The position numbers and the translations under genes were made by a program. A stretch of 64,000 nt of DNA from Methylococcaceae bacterium UBA2778 (lineage in GTDB: Bacteria > Pseudomonadota > Gammaproteobacteria > Methylococcales > UBA2778). This document shows, in pieces, positions 50,127 through 61,200 of this stretch. Under the pieces are notes generated by a model. That model saw only the letters and a list, made by a program, of their open reading frames with translations. It searched no databases and was not told the DNA's origin. Numbering within the stretch: position 1 is the stretch's first letter; each line of letters opens with the position of its first letter. The DNA lies in NCBI GenBank assembly GCA_002352385.1, contig DEII01000052.1, positions 5,580-69,579 on the forward strand. The letters run 5' to 3'.

Positions 50127-50176
50127 GGCAATGGCGTGAGTAACCAGCAGTCGGCCAGCGCTGTAGCAGATGTGAG

Positions 50177-53100
50177 TTGAGCACAATGAGAGCCGACATA
50201 TTCAAATTACATTCCCTGATCGTGGGCGACTATCAGTCGTACATTCAGAGCTTTATCAACATCAATGACTCTGAAATACGCGAAATAGTCGAAAAAGAGC
50301 TGGACAAGGGGAAACTGTGGCCGAAACCGCTTATCCAGTTCAATCCAGCTTTTGCAGCCTATGGGGAGGTTACGGAACTCGTAGCTCAGGGGCTTCTAAA
50401 TGAACAATTGGTCAACGTTTTTCGCGACGACAAATCCGGTTCACCCTACAAGCTGTACAAGCATCAGGTGGATGCAATCCAACTGGGTAATAATGGAAAG
50501 GATTTTATCGTTACCTCTGGAACTGGCTCAGGCAAGACGCTCACATTTATAGGAACAGTCCTCAATCACCTGTTTGAGACAAAGAGCTTCAATTCCGGCA
50601 TTCAGGCTGTGCTTGTGTATCCAATGAACGCCTTGATCAACTCGCAAGTAGAAGAACTCGACAAATACGCACGGATATTTGAGGATCGCACGGGAAACCC
50701 ACTGCCGTTCCGCTACGCCGCCTACACTGGTCAGCTAAAGGAAGAGAAACGTGTACCATGGCGCGATAATCCGCCTGACCTGCTTCTGACCAACTACATG
50801 ATGCTTGAGTTGATCCTTACGCGGCATCGTGAGCATGCCCTGCGGGACTCAATTTATTCCAATTTGAAGTACCTTGTGTTCGATGAACTGCATACCTATC
50901 GAGGCCGCCAGGGGGCAGACGTTGGGGTCTTGATTCGCAGGATAAGATCTCGATGTGACCATAATCCAGTCTGTATTGGTACGTCTGCAACCATGGTTGC
51001 AGGTGGTGGCACCATCCAGGAGCAGAAAGCCGAGGTAGCGAAAGTAGCCAAAATAATATTCGGCAAGCCTTTCGAGTTAGATCAAATCGTTCAGGAAAAG
51101 CTGGAGCGATCTTTCTCTTCTAAACCCACTGTTCCTGAGAAAGACCTTCTTGCGGATGCCGTGAACTCAGGAATCAACTCTGATGCGAACGTTGAAACAC
51201 TGAAATCTCACCCGACGGCAATCTGGCTGGAGAACAAGATAGCGCTCCGTGAGAGCGACGGTGAACTCGTTCGTAATGTTCCACGCACATTTTTCGAGAT
51301 ATCCAGCCTGTTAAATAAGGAGAGCGGGCGTGAAGCGGAAATGTGCGCTCAGCATCTGACGGAACTGATGGAGTGGATAAACAAAGTCAACGAACGAAGT
51401 ACCGATCCGCGCTATACCTACCTCCCTTTCAAACTCCACCAGTTTTTTGCCCAGACCGGGTCCGTCTACACCTCGTTAGCGCTCGACGGGAAGCGGCATA
51501 TAACGCTGGAGCCTGGAGTCTATAAGGCAGACAGTGAAGGCAAAAATCAGCCGATTTTCCCTAACGTTTTTAGCAGAGAATCAGGTCATGCATTCCTTTG
51601 TGTGTATAAAAATGAAGAAAAAAAGCAACTGATACCAAGGGAGTTCCATGATCGCGACAGGGAAGGGAAAACATGCATCCCAGGATATCTCATCACGAAT
51701 GAGGATGTATGGGATCCTGAACGCGATTTGGAGTCTTTGCCGGATACCTGGTTGAAAAAAGGAAACATTGACAAGAAATATGCAAACCGTGTCCCGCAAT
51801 TGATCTCATTCAATGAATGGGGCTGCTATTCACACAACCGCTCTCTCGAATATAGAGGGTGGTTTATCCGTTTTCCGCTGCTGTTCGATCCTACCAGTGG
51901 CCGGTTTTTCGATCCGCAAACCAATGAGTCAACGAAGCTGACAAAGCTCGGCAGCGAGGGCAGAAGCACTTCCACAACCATCACAACCTTCTCAATCCTG
52001 ACGCGGCTGGCGGAAAAGGGGTTCGACCTCCAGGACCAGAAGCTTCTCAGCTTTACCGATAACCGCCAGGATGCCGCACTGCAAGCGGGACATTTCAATG
52101 ATTTCATCCAGGTCATCCAGTTGCGGTCGGCGATTCGCAAGGCGGTGGATGGCGCCACGGATGGTCAACTGACCTATAAGAACTTGGGTGACCAGATCTT
52201 TGAGGCGCTTTCGCTGGAGTTTCGGGAATATGCCAACTACAGAAGCGATATTAATGCGCCGCCTCCACCACCAGTACAACAAGCCTACAAGGAGGCATTG
52301 AAGAAATATCTTGTCTATCTGGCACTCTATGATCTCCGCCGGAGCTGGAGAGTTGTATTGCCCAATCTTGAACAGTGCGCTCTGCTCAAAATCGACTATG
52401 CGTACCTGGATGATATCGCCGACTGGAAGGAAGGATGGGCGTCGGTTCCATTGCTCGGTCAAATAGATGTCCGATCGCGGCGCGAATTGCTGTTTCAGAT
52501 GCTGGAATTCTTTCGCCTCGAATATGCTATCTACAGCGAGAATTATCTTACCGAAGAGCGTGTCAGGGGAAACAGAAAAGAGATCGAAGAAAAACTCATC
52601 GCACCCTGGAGATTCGAGTCACAGGACAAGATTGATCCCTATCACCTCCGCTACGATACCCTGGCGCCAAGAACCCGTTTGTATACCAGAAGTCTTGGCA
52701 TCACCAGCGCCTTCGGAAAATTCATTAAACAGCAAGGCAAGCAACGTAAAATCCAATTCAGCCGAGACAGTTATCGTGAGTTCCTGATTGCGCTTCTCAA
52801 TACCCTGGAGGCCGCTGACTACCTCAAATCAAGACAGGTCAGAAACAATAAGAACGAGGAAGTTAGAGTCTATCAATTAAAGCTGGACAAGATAATCTGG
52901 CTTCCAGGGAACCGAGAGACGGTCATCCCGGACGTCATAAAACAACGGGCATACAAGACGCTTAACCCCCAACCGAACGGGTATTTCCAGCAAGTCTACC
53001 TGCGAGACTTATCAAAATTGAAGAGGTTGATCGGTGGCGACCATACCGGCCAGCTTACCCATGACCAACGTATCGAAAGAGAAGAGAAATTTCGGGCCAA

Positions 53101-55354
53101 TTTCCGTAAGCCCGACGGTTCTTTGGACCGGGAAAAAGTCAAGCACGACTCCATCAGTGCACTGTTCTGTTCCCCGACCATGGAGCTGGGTATCGATATC
53201 CGCGAGCTCAGCGTGGTGCACATGCGCAACGCTCCTCCGAACCCGGCGAACTATGCGCAACGCAGTGGGCGTGCCGGCCGTAGCGGCCAAGCGGCGCTGG
53301 TATTCACCTACTGTTCGAGCTTTTCCAATCATGATCGCCACTATTTCCGCAAACAGCAGGATATGGTGTCGGGGACAGTGTTGCCGCCGAGAATAGACGT
53401 TTGCAATAAGGAGCTTCTGACCAGCCATCTTCACGCCGTTTTCCTTTCGGAAGTGGGTCTGAGTGGGCTTGATTTCTCCCTGCTCGACCTGGTCAGCGAG
53501 AATGAAGACGGTATGCCGTTGACCCAAGGCATTAATGATCAGTTGACCATTGATGCGGCGATCTTTGCCAGGATTCGTCACATATTTCAGAAGGTGGTGT
53601 CCGATTTCGAGACTGACCTACAGACTCAATCGAACGCATGGTTCAGCGATGAATGGATTGCCCAGTCGCTTAAGGGTATTGCCAAGCGACTCGATACCGC
53701 AATGGGCCGGTGGCGCACCCTCTACTGGCAAGCAAGGGCAACCCTCAAGCGGGCAACCCAAGAAATAGAAGCCGGGACTTATAGTCTGGGCAGCAAGGAA
53801 TACAAACAGGCCAAGCGTAGCCAGGATCAGGCCACTCGGCAACTGGATCTTTTGAAGAACAGTATCCAGGGCCGTGCCAACGAGCTCTCAGAGTTCTACC
53901 CCTACCGCTATCTCGCTTCCGAGGCCTTCCTGCCAGGCTATAACTTCACCCGGCTGCCGCTACGGACGTTCATTCCCGTCGGGGATGCCGGTGAATACAT
54001 ATCACGGCCAAGGTTCATTGCACTGCGCGAGTTCGGTCCCGGCAATGTCGTCTATTACAACGGCCAGAAATATGAGATCAAGCAGCTGATTGTGCAGGAC
54101 GCCGAGAACCAGCTCAAGGACGCCAAGATCAGTCTCAACGCGGGATACTTCCTGCAGGATGACCAGAAACAGCTCAGCCGGTGCCCGTTTACCCAAGTCG
54201 ATCTTTCAGAGAACAATCAGGTGGAGTACCTGCACGACCTCCTGGAAATGCCGGAGACCAAGGCCGTGCCACGGTCAAGGATTTCCTGCGAGGAGGAGGA
54301 ACGAATCAGCCGCGGGTTTCAGATAGAAACCTACTTCTCCGCACCGGACGGTGACATGCGGCGTGTCCGCAAGGCGACCCTGAAGAGCGATGCCGATGAA
54401 TTTCTGCATTTACATTTTATCCCCGCAGCCAATCTGGTCCAGGTCAACCGCAAATGGCGTAATTCGGAGAGGGAAGGGTTCACCTTGGGGTTGATGTCCG
54501 GATTCTGGAAGACTGGCAACCAGGAAGACCGGCCCGCCGACGCCGAAGAGATCCGCGACGTCAAACTATTTACCACCGACACCGCTGATGCCCTCTACAT
54601 CGAGCCGATTGAGCCACTGGGTCTGGAGCAGAATGGGGTCACCACCCTGCAGTATGCCCTGAAGCGTGCCATCGAGAATGTATTCCTGATAGAGCCCTCG
54701 GAGCTTGGTGTAGTCACCATGGGCAGGCAAGACCATCCCAATATCTTTCTCTACGAGGCCGCCGAGGGCAGCCTCGGGATTCTGTCCCAGTTCGCGGATA
54801 ACGTCGATGTTTTCCACAGGGTCATCGAGGAGGCGATCCGCCTGCTACGTTTTGACGACCTCGAATACAAAGAACCCGCTTCCTATGATGACCTGCTGAG
54901 TTACTACAACCAGCGCGACCATACGGTCATAGATCGATTCTTGATCCAGGATGCCCTTGAAAAGCTCCGCATCTGTAAGCTGGAGCGTCACACCGGTACG
55001 AGTTTCACGGGGTACGATGCGCAATATGGAACATTGCGAAGGCAGATCGATCCCAACTCCAGCACCGAATTGAAGTTCCTGGAATACCTGTACCAGAACA
55101 ATCTCAGGCTGCCCGATGCCGCGCAGAAAACGGTGGATGGCATCTATGTGCAACCCGACTTTTTCTATGAAACCGATATCTGGGTCTTTTGCGATGGAAC
55201 ACCTCACGACAAACCTGACGTCAGAGCCGACGATGAGGTTAAACGAGATGCGATCCGCAACAAACGGGGTGACCAAGTGTTCGTGTATTACTACAAGGAC
55301 GATCTCGCCGAGATTATCCAGAAGCGTTCGGACATCTTCACCAAGGTGCGCTGA
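50177..55354 (+). CDS. 1,725-aa DEAD/DEAH helicase + DUF1998 + C-terminal Vsr/DUF559-like nuclease-fold domain (DISARM DrmA/DrmB-like fusion)
   Basis: Motif I is SGTGSGKT (aa 114-121) and motif II is VFDELH. The helicase-C region is SPTMELGIDIRELSVVHMRNAPPNPANYAQRSGRAGRSG. The DUF1998-like region is RFIALREFGPGNVVYYNGQKYEI...FLYEAAEGSLGIL. The C-terminus reads YVQPDFFYETDIWVFCDGTPHDKP. The start is TTG 50177 or ATG 50186. Confidence 0.8.
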   Translation: MSTMRADIFKLHSLIVGDYQSYIQSFININDSEIREIVEKELDKGKLWPKPLIQFNPAFAAYGEVTELVAQGLLNEQLVNVFRDDKSGSPYKLYKHQVDAIQLGNNGKDFIVTSGTGSGKTLTFIGTVLNHLFETKSFNSGIQAVLVYPMNALINSQVEELDKYARIFEDRTGNPLPFRYAAYTGQLKEEKRVPWRDNPPDLLLTNYMMLELILTRHREHALRDSIYSNLKYLVFDELHTYRGRQGADVGVLIRRIRSRCDHNPVCIGTSATMVAGGGTIQEQKAEVAKVAKIIFGKPFELDQIVQEKLERSFSSKPTVPEKDLLADAVNSGINSDANVETLKSHPTAIWLENKIALRESDGELVRNVPRTFFEISSLLNKESGREAEMCAQHLTELMEWINKVNERSTDPRYTYLPFKLHQFFAQTGSVYTSLALDGKRHITLEPGVYKADSEGKNQPIFPNVFSRESGHAFLCVYKNEEKKQLIPREFHDRDREGKTCIPGYLITNEDVWDPERDLESLPDTWLKKGNIDKKYANRVPQLISFNEWGCYSHNRSLEYRGWFIRFPLLFDPTSGRFFDPQTNESTKLTKLGSEGRSTSTTITTFSILTRLAEKGFDLQDQKLLSFTDNRQDAALQAGHFNDFIQVIQLRSAIRKAVDGATDGQLTYKNLGDQIFEALSLEFREYANYRSDINAPPPPPVQQAYKEALKKYLVYLALYDLRRSWRVVLPNLEQCALLKIDYAYLDDIADWKEGWASVPLLGQIDVRSRRELLFQMLEFFRLEYAIYSENYLTEERVRGNRKEIEEKLIAPWRFESQDKIDPYHLRYDTLAPRTRLYTRSLGITSAFGKFIKQQGKQRKIQFSRDSYREFLIALLNTLEAADYLKSRQVRNNKNEEVRVYQLKLDKIIWLPGNRETVIPDVIKQRAYKTLNPQPNGYFQQVYLRDLSKLKRLIGGDHTGQLTHDQRIEREEKFRANFRKPDGSLDREKVKHDSISALFCSPTMELGIDIRELSVVHMRNAPPNPANYAQRSGRAGRSGQAALVFTYCSSFSNHDRHYFRKQQDMVSGTVLPPRIDVCNKELLTSHLHAVFLSEVGLSGLDFSLLDLVSENEDGMPLTQGINDQLTIDAAIFARIRHIFQKVVSDFETDLQTQSNAWFSDEWIAQSLKGIAKRLDTAMGRWRTLYWQARATLKRATQEIEAGTYSLGSKEYKQAKRSQDQATRQLDLLKNSIQGRANELSEFYPYRYLASEAFLPGYNFTRLPLRTFIPVGDAGEYISRPRFIALREFGPGNVVYYNGQKYEIKQLIVQDAENQLKDAKISLNAGYFLQDDQKQLSRCPFTQVDLSENNQVEYLHDLLEMPETKAVPRSRISCEEEERISRGFQIETYFSAPDGDMRRVRKATLKSDADEFLHLHFIPAANLVQVNRKWRNSEREGFTLGLMSGFWKTGNQEDRPADAEEIRDVKLFTTDTADALYIEPIEPLGLEQNGVTTLQYALKRAIENVFLIEPSELGVVTMGRQDHPNIFLYEAAEGSLGILSQFADNVDVFHRVIEEAIRLLRFDDLEYKEPASYDDLLSYYNQRDHTVIDRFLIQDALEKLRICKLERHTGTSFTGYDAQYGTLRRQIDPNSSTELKFLEYLYQNNLRLPDAAQKTVDGIYVQPDFFYETDIWVFCDGTPHDKPDVRADDEVKRDAIRNKRGDQVFVYYYKDDLAEIIQKRSDIFTKVR

Positions 55355-55356
55355 CC

Positions 55357-58206
55357 ATGGCCTATAGCCCCGGAACATTGGTGACCTTACGGGAACGTGA
55401 CTGGGTGGTTATGCCATCCGGCGATCCAGAGCTGTTGCTTCTGAAGCCATTGGGAGGCTCAGAAGAGGAAACCACGGGTATTTTCCTCCCGTTTGGCTTC
55501 GGTGACGATCACCCCCGGCTTGCCAATTTTCCATTACCTACAGCCGACGACATTGGGGACATAACCACCGCACGCTTGCTCCATGAAGCCACTCGGCTGG
55601 CGTTCCGAAATGGCGCCGGCCCCTTCCGGAGTCTCGCCAAGCTCTCTTTTCGTCCACGATCCTATCAGATGGTGCCCCTCATCATGGCTCTGCGCCAGGA
55701 AGTGGTCCGGCTGTTGATTGCTGATGACGTCGGCGTCGGAAAAACGATTGAAGCACTCCTCATCATCAAGGAAATGCTGGAACGTCGGCAGATCGAGCGG
55801 TTCGCGGTTGTCTGCCTGCCGCATCTATGCGATCAGTGGCAAGAGGAGATCAAGGACAAGCTGGGAATCGAAGCGGTGGTCATCCGCTCGAACACCCAAG
55901 CGCGTCTGGACCGTGAGATCCAAGGCGATATCAGCGTCTATCAGTATTATCCCTACCAGATCATCTCGATAGACTTCATCAAGTCAGAGACCCGACGCGA
56001 GGTTTTCATCAATGAGTGTCCGAGGATGGTAGTGGTTGATGAGGCGCATGCCTGCGCCCGACCAGCGGGCGCATCCAGGGCACAACAGCAGCGCTATGCC
56101 TTGATTCATGATATCGCGTCCAAACCCGACCAGCATTTGGTCATGTTGACGGCCACCCCGCACAGCGGCAAGCCGGAGGAATTCCACTCCCTTCTGGGAC
56201 TTCTGCGACCGGAGTTTGAAACCCTGGACCTTCCTAACTCCAGCCAGCAGGAGCGGCGTGTCCTCGCCCGACACTTTGTCCAGCGCCGCCGTGCCGATGT
56301 TGAGAAATGGATGGGTGAAGACACGCCATTTCCCAACCGGGATCCGGGTGAATTCGACTACCCTCTCTCACCGAAGTACGCGGCATTTTTTGATCGCATC
56401 TTCGAATTCACGCGCAAGCTGGTTGCAGGGGGAGGGCCGGAAAATGATGGCGGGCAACACTTTCGTTACTGGACAGCGCTGGGCTTGCTCCGCGGCGTGA
56501 TGTCGAGTCCGGCGGCCGGTGTCGAGATGTTGGAGAACCGCATTCGCAATCTGCCGGGTGATGGACAGTCACTGATCGAACTGGCGGCCGACAATCCGGT
56601 ACATGACGTCGATTACGGTTATGACAGTGATCTGCCGCCGGCGGAGCTGGTAGAACTTGGCGCCTGGACTGAATACCAGCGCAGGCAATTGCGGACCTTC
56701 GCCGGGGACTTGGGACAACTGGGCAATACCGAGGATGACCTCAAGCTTGCCACCGCGGAGCTTATCCTGGACGACTGGCTCGGGGACGGTTTTAATGCCG
56801 TGGTGTTCTGCAAATACATTCCAACGGCCAAATATGTGGGCGAACAGCTTGGCCCACACCTGAAGGAGAAATATCCAAAACTCAATCTACAGGTGATAAC
56901 CAGCGAGGATCCCGATGACATGCGCCGCCAGCGCATCGAGGCGATGGAATCGTCCAGACACCGCGTACTCATCGCTACGGATTGCCTGAGCGAAGGCATC
57001 AATCTGCAGGACTACTTTACGGCAGTGCTCCACTACGACCTGCCCTGGAATCCCAACCGGCTGGAACAGCGAGAGGGCCGGGTCGATCGCTTCGGACAGA
57101 CCGCGAAGGAGGTCAAAGCCTATCTGCTCTATGGCACGGACAATCCCATCGACGGTGTGGTGTTGGATGTCATCCTGCGCAAGGTGCGTGAAATCCGCCG
57201 GGCGACGGGCATCAATATTCCCTTTCCGGAAGACAGTAAGAGCATTATCGATACCATCACCCAGGCACTGCTTCTCAAGCCGAACCGGAAAATCACGCCC
57301 CATCGTCTGGAAAACCGACAGATTGAAATGGATTTCGGGGAATTCGATGAGGCCCGGGAAATCAAGCTGGAGGCGAGTGACAAGCTGGACCGCGCCGCCG
57401 AGCGTGAAAAGGTCTCTCGCAGCATCTTCGCCCAGAACGCTATCAAGGCCCACGAGATCGAGGCGGATCTGAAAGAGACAGATGAGGCCATTGGCAATCC
57501 CCGGGCCGTGGAAGACTTCGTGACCAGTGCGCTGCCCATCCTGCTGGGCGTACAGATAGAAGAAACGAATAAAGGCTATAAGCTCTACACCAACAACCTG
57601 CCGCGCCTGCTGGCCGACCTTCTGCCGCAGAAGCCGGAACTGCTGATCAGCTTCGAATCGCCGACCCCGCAGGAACACCTATACATGGGCCGTAACCATC
57701 CGTTTGTCGAAAATCTCTGCCAGCAGATCATGGCCAATACCATCAACCGAACCGGAAAGCGTGCGTCCCGTGCAGCCGTCATCCGCACGGATGCGGTTGA
57801 GATCAAGACAACCATCCTGCTGTTCCGGGTACGCAACGTCATTGAGGAGAAAAGAAAGTCCCATCAACTTGTGGCCGAGGAAATGCTCCTGTGGGGTTAC
57901 CAGGCTGCGGCCGCGGATCAGGACTTTTTCGGCCCCGATGAGGCCAAGATACTGTTGTTAAATTCCCGGCCGACGGCCAACCGCTCACCCGAGGCCAATG
58001 CCGCTACGCTGGAATATGAGCTTATGCAACTCGATGCCTTGAAAGCAGATTTCGATCAGGTCGCCGAACAGCGTGCCAGGCACCTGGTCGAGGCTCACGA
58101 GAGGTTTGGCCAATTTGTCGAGAAAAAGCGTTACCAGGTTGTCTATCCAGTACTGCCGATGGACGTGCTCGGGGTCTATGTCCTGTTGCCTGGCGGTCAG
58201 GCATGA
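55357..58206 (+). CDS. drmD: SNF2-family helicase (DISARM DrmD-like)
   Basis: LIADDVGVGKTIEA (motif I), VVVDEAHACA (motif II), MLTATPHSGK, and the helicase-C region LIATDCLSEGINLQDYFTAVLHYDLPWNPNRLEQREGRVDRFGQ. It starts 2 nt after the upstream stop. Confidence 0.75.
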   Translation: MAYSPGTLVTLRERDWVVMPSGDPELLLLKPLGGSEEETTGIFLPFGFGDDHPRLANFPLPTADDIGDITTARLLHEATRLAFRNGAGPFRSLAKLSFRPRSYQMVPLIMALRQEVVRLLIADDVGVGKTIEALLIIKEMLERRQIERFAVVCLPHLCDQWQEEIKDKLGIEAVVIRSNTQARLDREIQGDISVYQYYPYQIISIDFIKSETRREVFINECPRMVVVDEAHACARPAGASRAQQQRYALIHDIASKPDQHLVMLTATPHSGKPEEFHSLLGLLRPEFETLDLPNSSQQERRVLARHFVQRRRADVEKWMGEDTPFPNRDPGEFDYPLSPKYAAFFDRIFEFTRKLVAGGGPENDGGQHFRYWTALGLLRGVMSSPAAGVEMLENRIRNLPGDGQSLIELAADNPVHDVDYGYDSDLPPAELVELGAWTEYQRRQLRTFAGDLGQLGNTEDDLKLATAELILDDWLGDGFNAVVFCKYIPTAKYVGEQLGPHLKEKYPKLNLQVITSEDPDDMRRQRIEAMESSRHRVLIATDCLSEGINLQDYFTAVLHYDLPWNPNRLEQREGRVDRFGQTAKEVKAYLLYGTDNPIDGVVLDVILRKVREIRRATGINIPFPEDSKSIIDTITQALLLKPNRKITPHRLENRQIEMDFGEFDEAREIKLEASDKLDRAAEREKVSRSIFAQNAIKAHEIEADLKETDEAIGNPRAVEDFVTSALPILLGVQIEETNKGYKLYTNNLPRLLADLLPQKPELLISFESPTPQEHLYMGRNHPFVENLCQQIMANTINRTGKRASRAAVIRTDAVEIKTTILLFRVRNVIEEKRKSHQLVAEEMLLWGYQAAAADQDFFGPDEAKILLLNSRPTANRSPEANAATLEYELMQLDALKADFDQVAEQRARHLVEAHERFGQFVEKKRYQVVYPVLPMDVLGVYVLLPGGQA

Positions 58207-61200
58207 TCTTTCCCTCCATCCGTATCGAAGGCGCCATTCTCTCCGGAGACATCCTCGACGCCATTGAGCGCGGGGGAAAATCTTTCCAGACGGCGAAAGA
58301 CTTCGGCCTCGATCCCACGGGCAAGGTCAAGGACGAGATCGCCGAAGCGTGGGCCGCGGCGCGCGCCTACTGGGCGGCCTATCAGACCCGGCTCGAACGT
58401 CTGCGCGAAGGCGCCACCGGCACCACCGAAACCCGCAACCTGTGGATGACCCCACTGCTTGGCCTGCTCGGATACCAGTCGGAACTGGCTGGGCGCGGCG
58501 AGGTGGTGCAGCGCAAGAACTTCGCCATCTCCCACCGCGACCTGTCAAGGAACGGTTTCCCCATCCACATCATGGGCTGGAACGACAGCCTGGATAAGAA
58601 GCGTACCGACTCCGGCCCGCGCATGTCGCCTCATGCCCTGGTGCAGGAATACCTGAATCTCACCGAGCACCTTTATGCGCTGGTGACCAATGGCCGGCTG
58701 TTGCGCCTGCTGCGCGACAGCTCGCGCCTGATCAAGCTCAGTTTCATCGAGTTCGATCTGGAACGCATGTTAACCGAGGAACTCTACGCCGATTTCGCCA
58801 TCCTCTACCGCCTGCTGCACGCCTCGCGGATGCCGGTGAAGCAGGAGGCCGCCAACGAGAGCATCATCGAGACCTACCACCAGGACGCCCTCGATTCCGG
58901 CTCGCGTATCCGTGATGGCCTGAGCAACGCCGTGGAGCAATCCATCCTGCAGCTCGCCAATGGGTTTCTTGCCAACAGCGCCAACGAGGCCCTGCGTGAA
59001 GCCATCGCCGGGGGAGAGTCCAATGCCAGGGACTTTTATCAGTCGCTGCTGCGGCTAATCTATCGCCTGCTGTTCCTGATGGTCATCGAGGAACGGGACC
59101 TGGTCTATCCGCGCAAGGCCGACCGGCGCCTGCGCGACATCTATTACAAGCATTACAGCATTCAGCGTCTGCGCAAGCTTTCGGAAAAGCGCCACTTCGC
59201 CGATCGCAACTACCAGGACGCCTGGACCGGCCTCAAGGCCACCTTCCGTCTGTTTGAGGATGCCAGATACGGCGGGAAGCTCGGCATCGCGCCGCTGGCC
59301 GGTGATCTGTTCGATACCGGCGCCATTGGCATGCTGAGCGACTGTCGTCTGGACAATGCCGTGCTGCTTACCTGCCTGCGCAACCTGAGCCTGTTCCATA
59401 ACCCGGTCACCAAACAACTCATGCGGGTCAACTACGCGGCGCTCAATGTCGAGGAGTTCGGCTCCGTTTACGAGGGCCTATTGGAATACGACCCGCAAAT
59501 CCTGGAAATCGATGACCGGTTCGAGTTTCGGTTCGTCAAGGGCGAGGGACGTTCCACTTCCGGTTCCCATTACACGCCGGATGAACTGGTGCAGCCGCTG
59601 ATCAAACATTCACTGGACTACATCATCGCCGACAGGCTGAAGCAGGCCGAGCCGGAAAAAGCGCTGCTCGGTATCACCGTCTGCGATGTCGCCTGCGGCT
59701 CCGGCCATATTCTGCTCAACGCCGCCCGACGCATCGCCACTGAACTGACCGTCCTGCGTACCGGCGAGGACCAGCCCTCTCCCGCCGCTTTCCGTGAGAC
59801 CGTACGGGATGTTATCCGGCACTGCGTCTATGGAGTGGACATCAATCCACTGGCGGTGGAACTGTGCAAGGTCGCTCTGTGGCTGGAGGCCCACAACCCC
59901 GGCGAGCCGCTCAACTTTCTAGATCACCACATCAAGTGTGGCAACGCCATCGTCGGGCTTGCGCGCGAGGACGAGTTGGAGCGGGGTATTGCGGACGAGG
60001 CCTTCAAGACCTTGCCGGATGACGATAAGGAAATCGCCGCAGGACTGCGCAGAAAGAACAAGGAAGAGCGCAAGGGTGCGCAGCAATTGAACTGGGAGGA
60101 TGTGTGCGTCGCGGAAATGCCGGCGCTCCATCGGCAGCTGGCCGAAATCCAACGACTGCCGGAATCGACTCCGGAGGAGGTCCAGAGCAAACAGCGGCGC
60201 TATCGGAACTACCTACACAGCTATCACCGGGAGCATCTGAAAACGCTGGCCAACCTCAAGGTGGCGCAGTTTTTTATTCCGAAGCGGGAGGAGACCCTGA
60301 AAGGGATCACCACGCACGATCAGTATCGCGGTTATCTGAGCGGAGGCGTGGTGTTGTCAGAGGCTGCGGCGATGGCGCGGGAAATGGCGGATGAGAAACG
60401 GTTTTTTCACTGGTTTTTGGAGTTTCCGGAGGTATTTGAGAAAGGCGGGTTTGATTGTATTCTCGGGAACCCACCTTACTTAGGGGACAAAAAATTACGT
60501 TCGGCATTTGGTGCCAGCTTTGTCAACTATGTGAACACCGCGTACATACCTGGCAGCGCTTGTGACCTAATTACTTATTTCCTTCGTCGTGACTTCGACA
60601 TCCTAAAAGGCGACGGTTTCTTTTCCTTAATCACGACCAACTCAGTGTCAGAGGGCGCAACTCGAAAATGTGGGTTGCACCATATTATGGATAAGGGTGG
60701 CGAAATCAACTTTGCGGTTGATTCTGCGCCGTGGCCGGGAGCGGCCGCAGTCATTATCTCTCTGATCGCGCTTTACAAAGGACAATGGTACGGAGAACGG
60801 CTTATTGCAAACCACAAAGTTCCGTTTATCAGCTCATTCATTGACGACAGTGTTATTAAGGGCGATCCAAAGATTCTTCAATCGAATGAGGGCCTCAGTT
60901 TCATTGGTAATTACGTTCTTGGTAATGGATTTCTCCTAGACCAGACTGAAGCACAAGGGTTGCGAAATATGGATTCTCGTCATGCTGAAGTCGTCGTCAA
61001 GTATCTTATCGGAGATGACTTAAATACCGATCACCTTCAGCGGGCGTCGCGATACGTAATTAACTTGGGGACGGCTCCGATACAGCGTATTGACAGGAGC
61101 GTGTGGGAGAGCGCCACTCGTAAAGAACAGCGCCAATTTTTGAGTTCTGGGCTTTGTGATCCAGATTACGAGGGACTGCTTGCACCGGACTTCGGGCGGC

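Noticed and set aside
56887-57678. 263-aa minus-strand ORF inside the SNF2 helicase gene.
   Set aside because: It is antisense to the conserved helicase-C region and is a shadow ORF.
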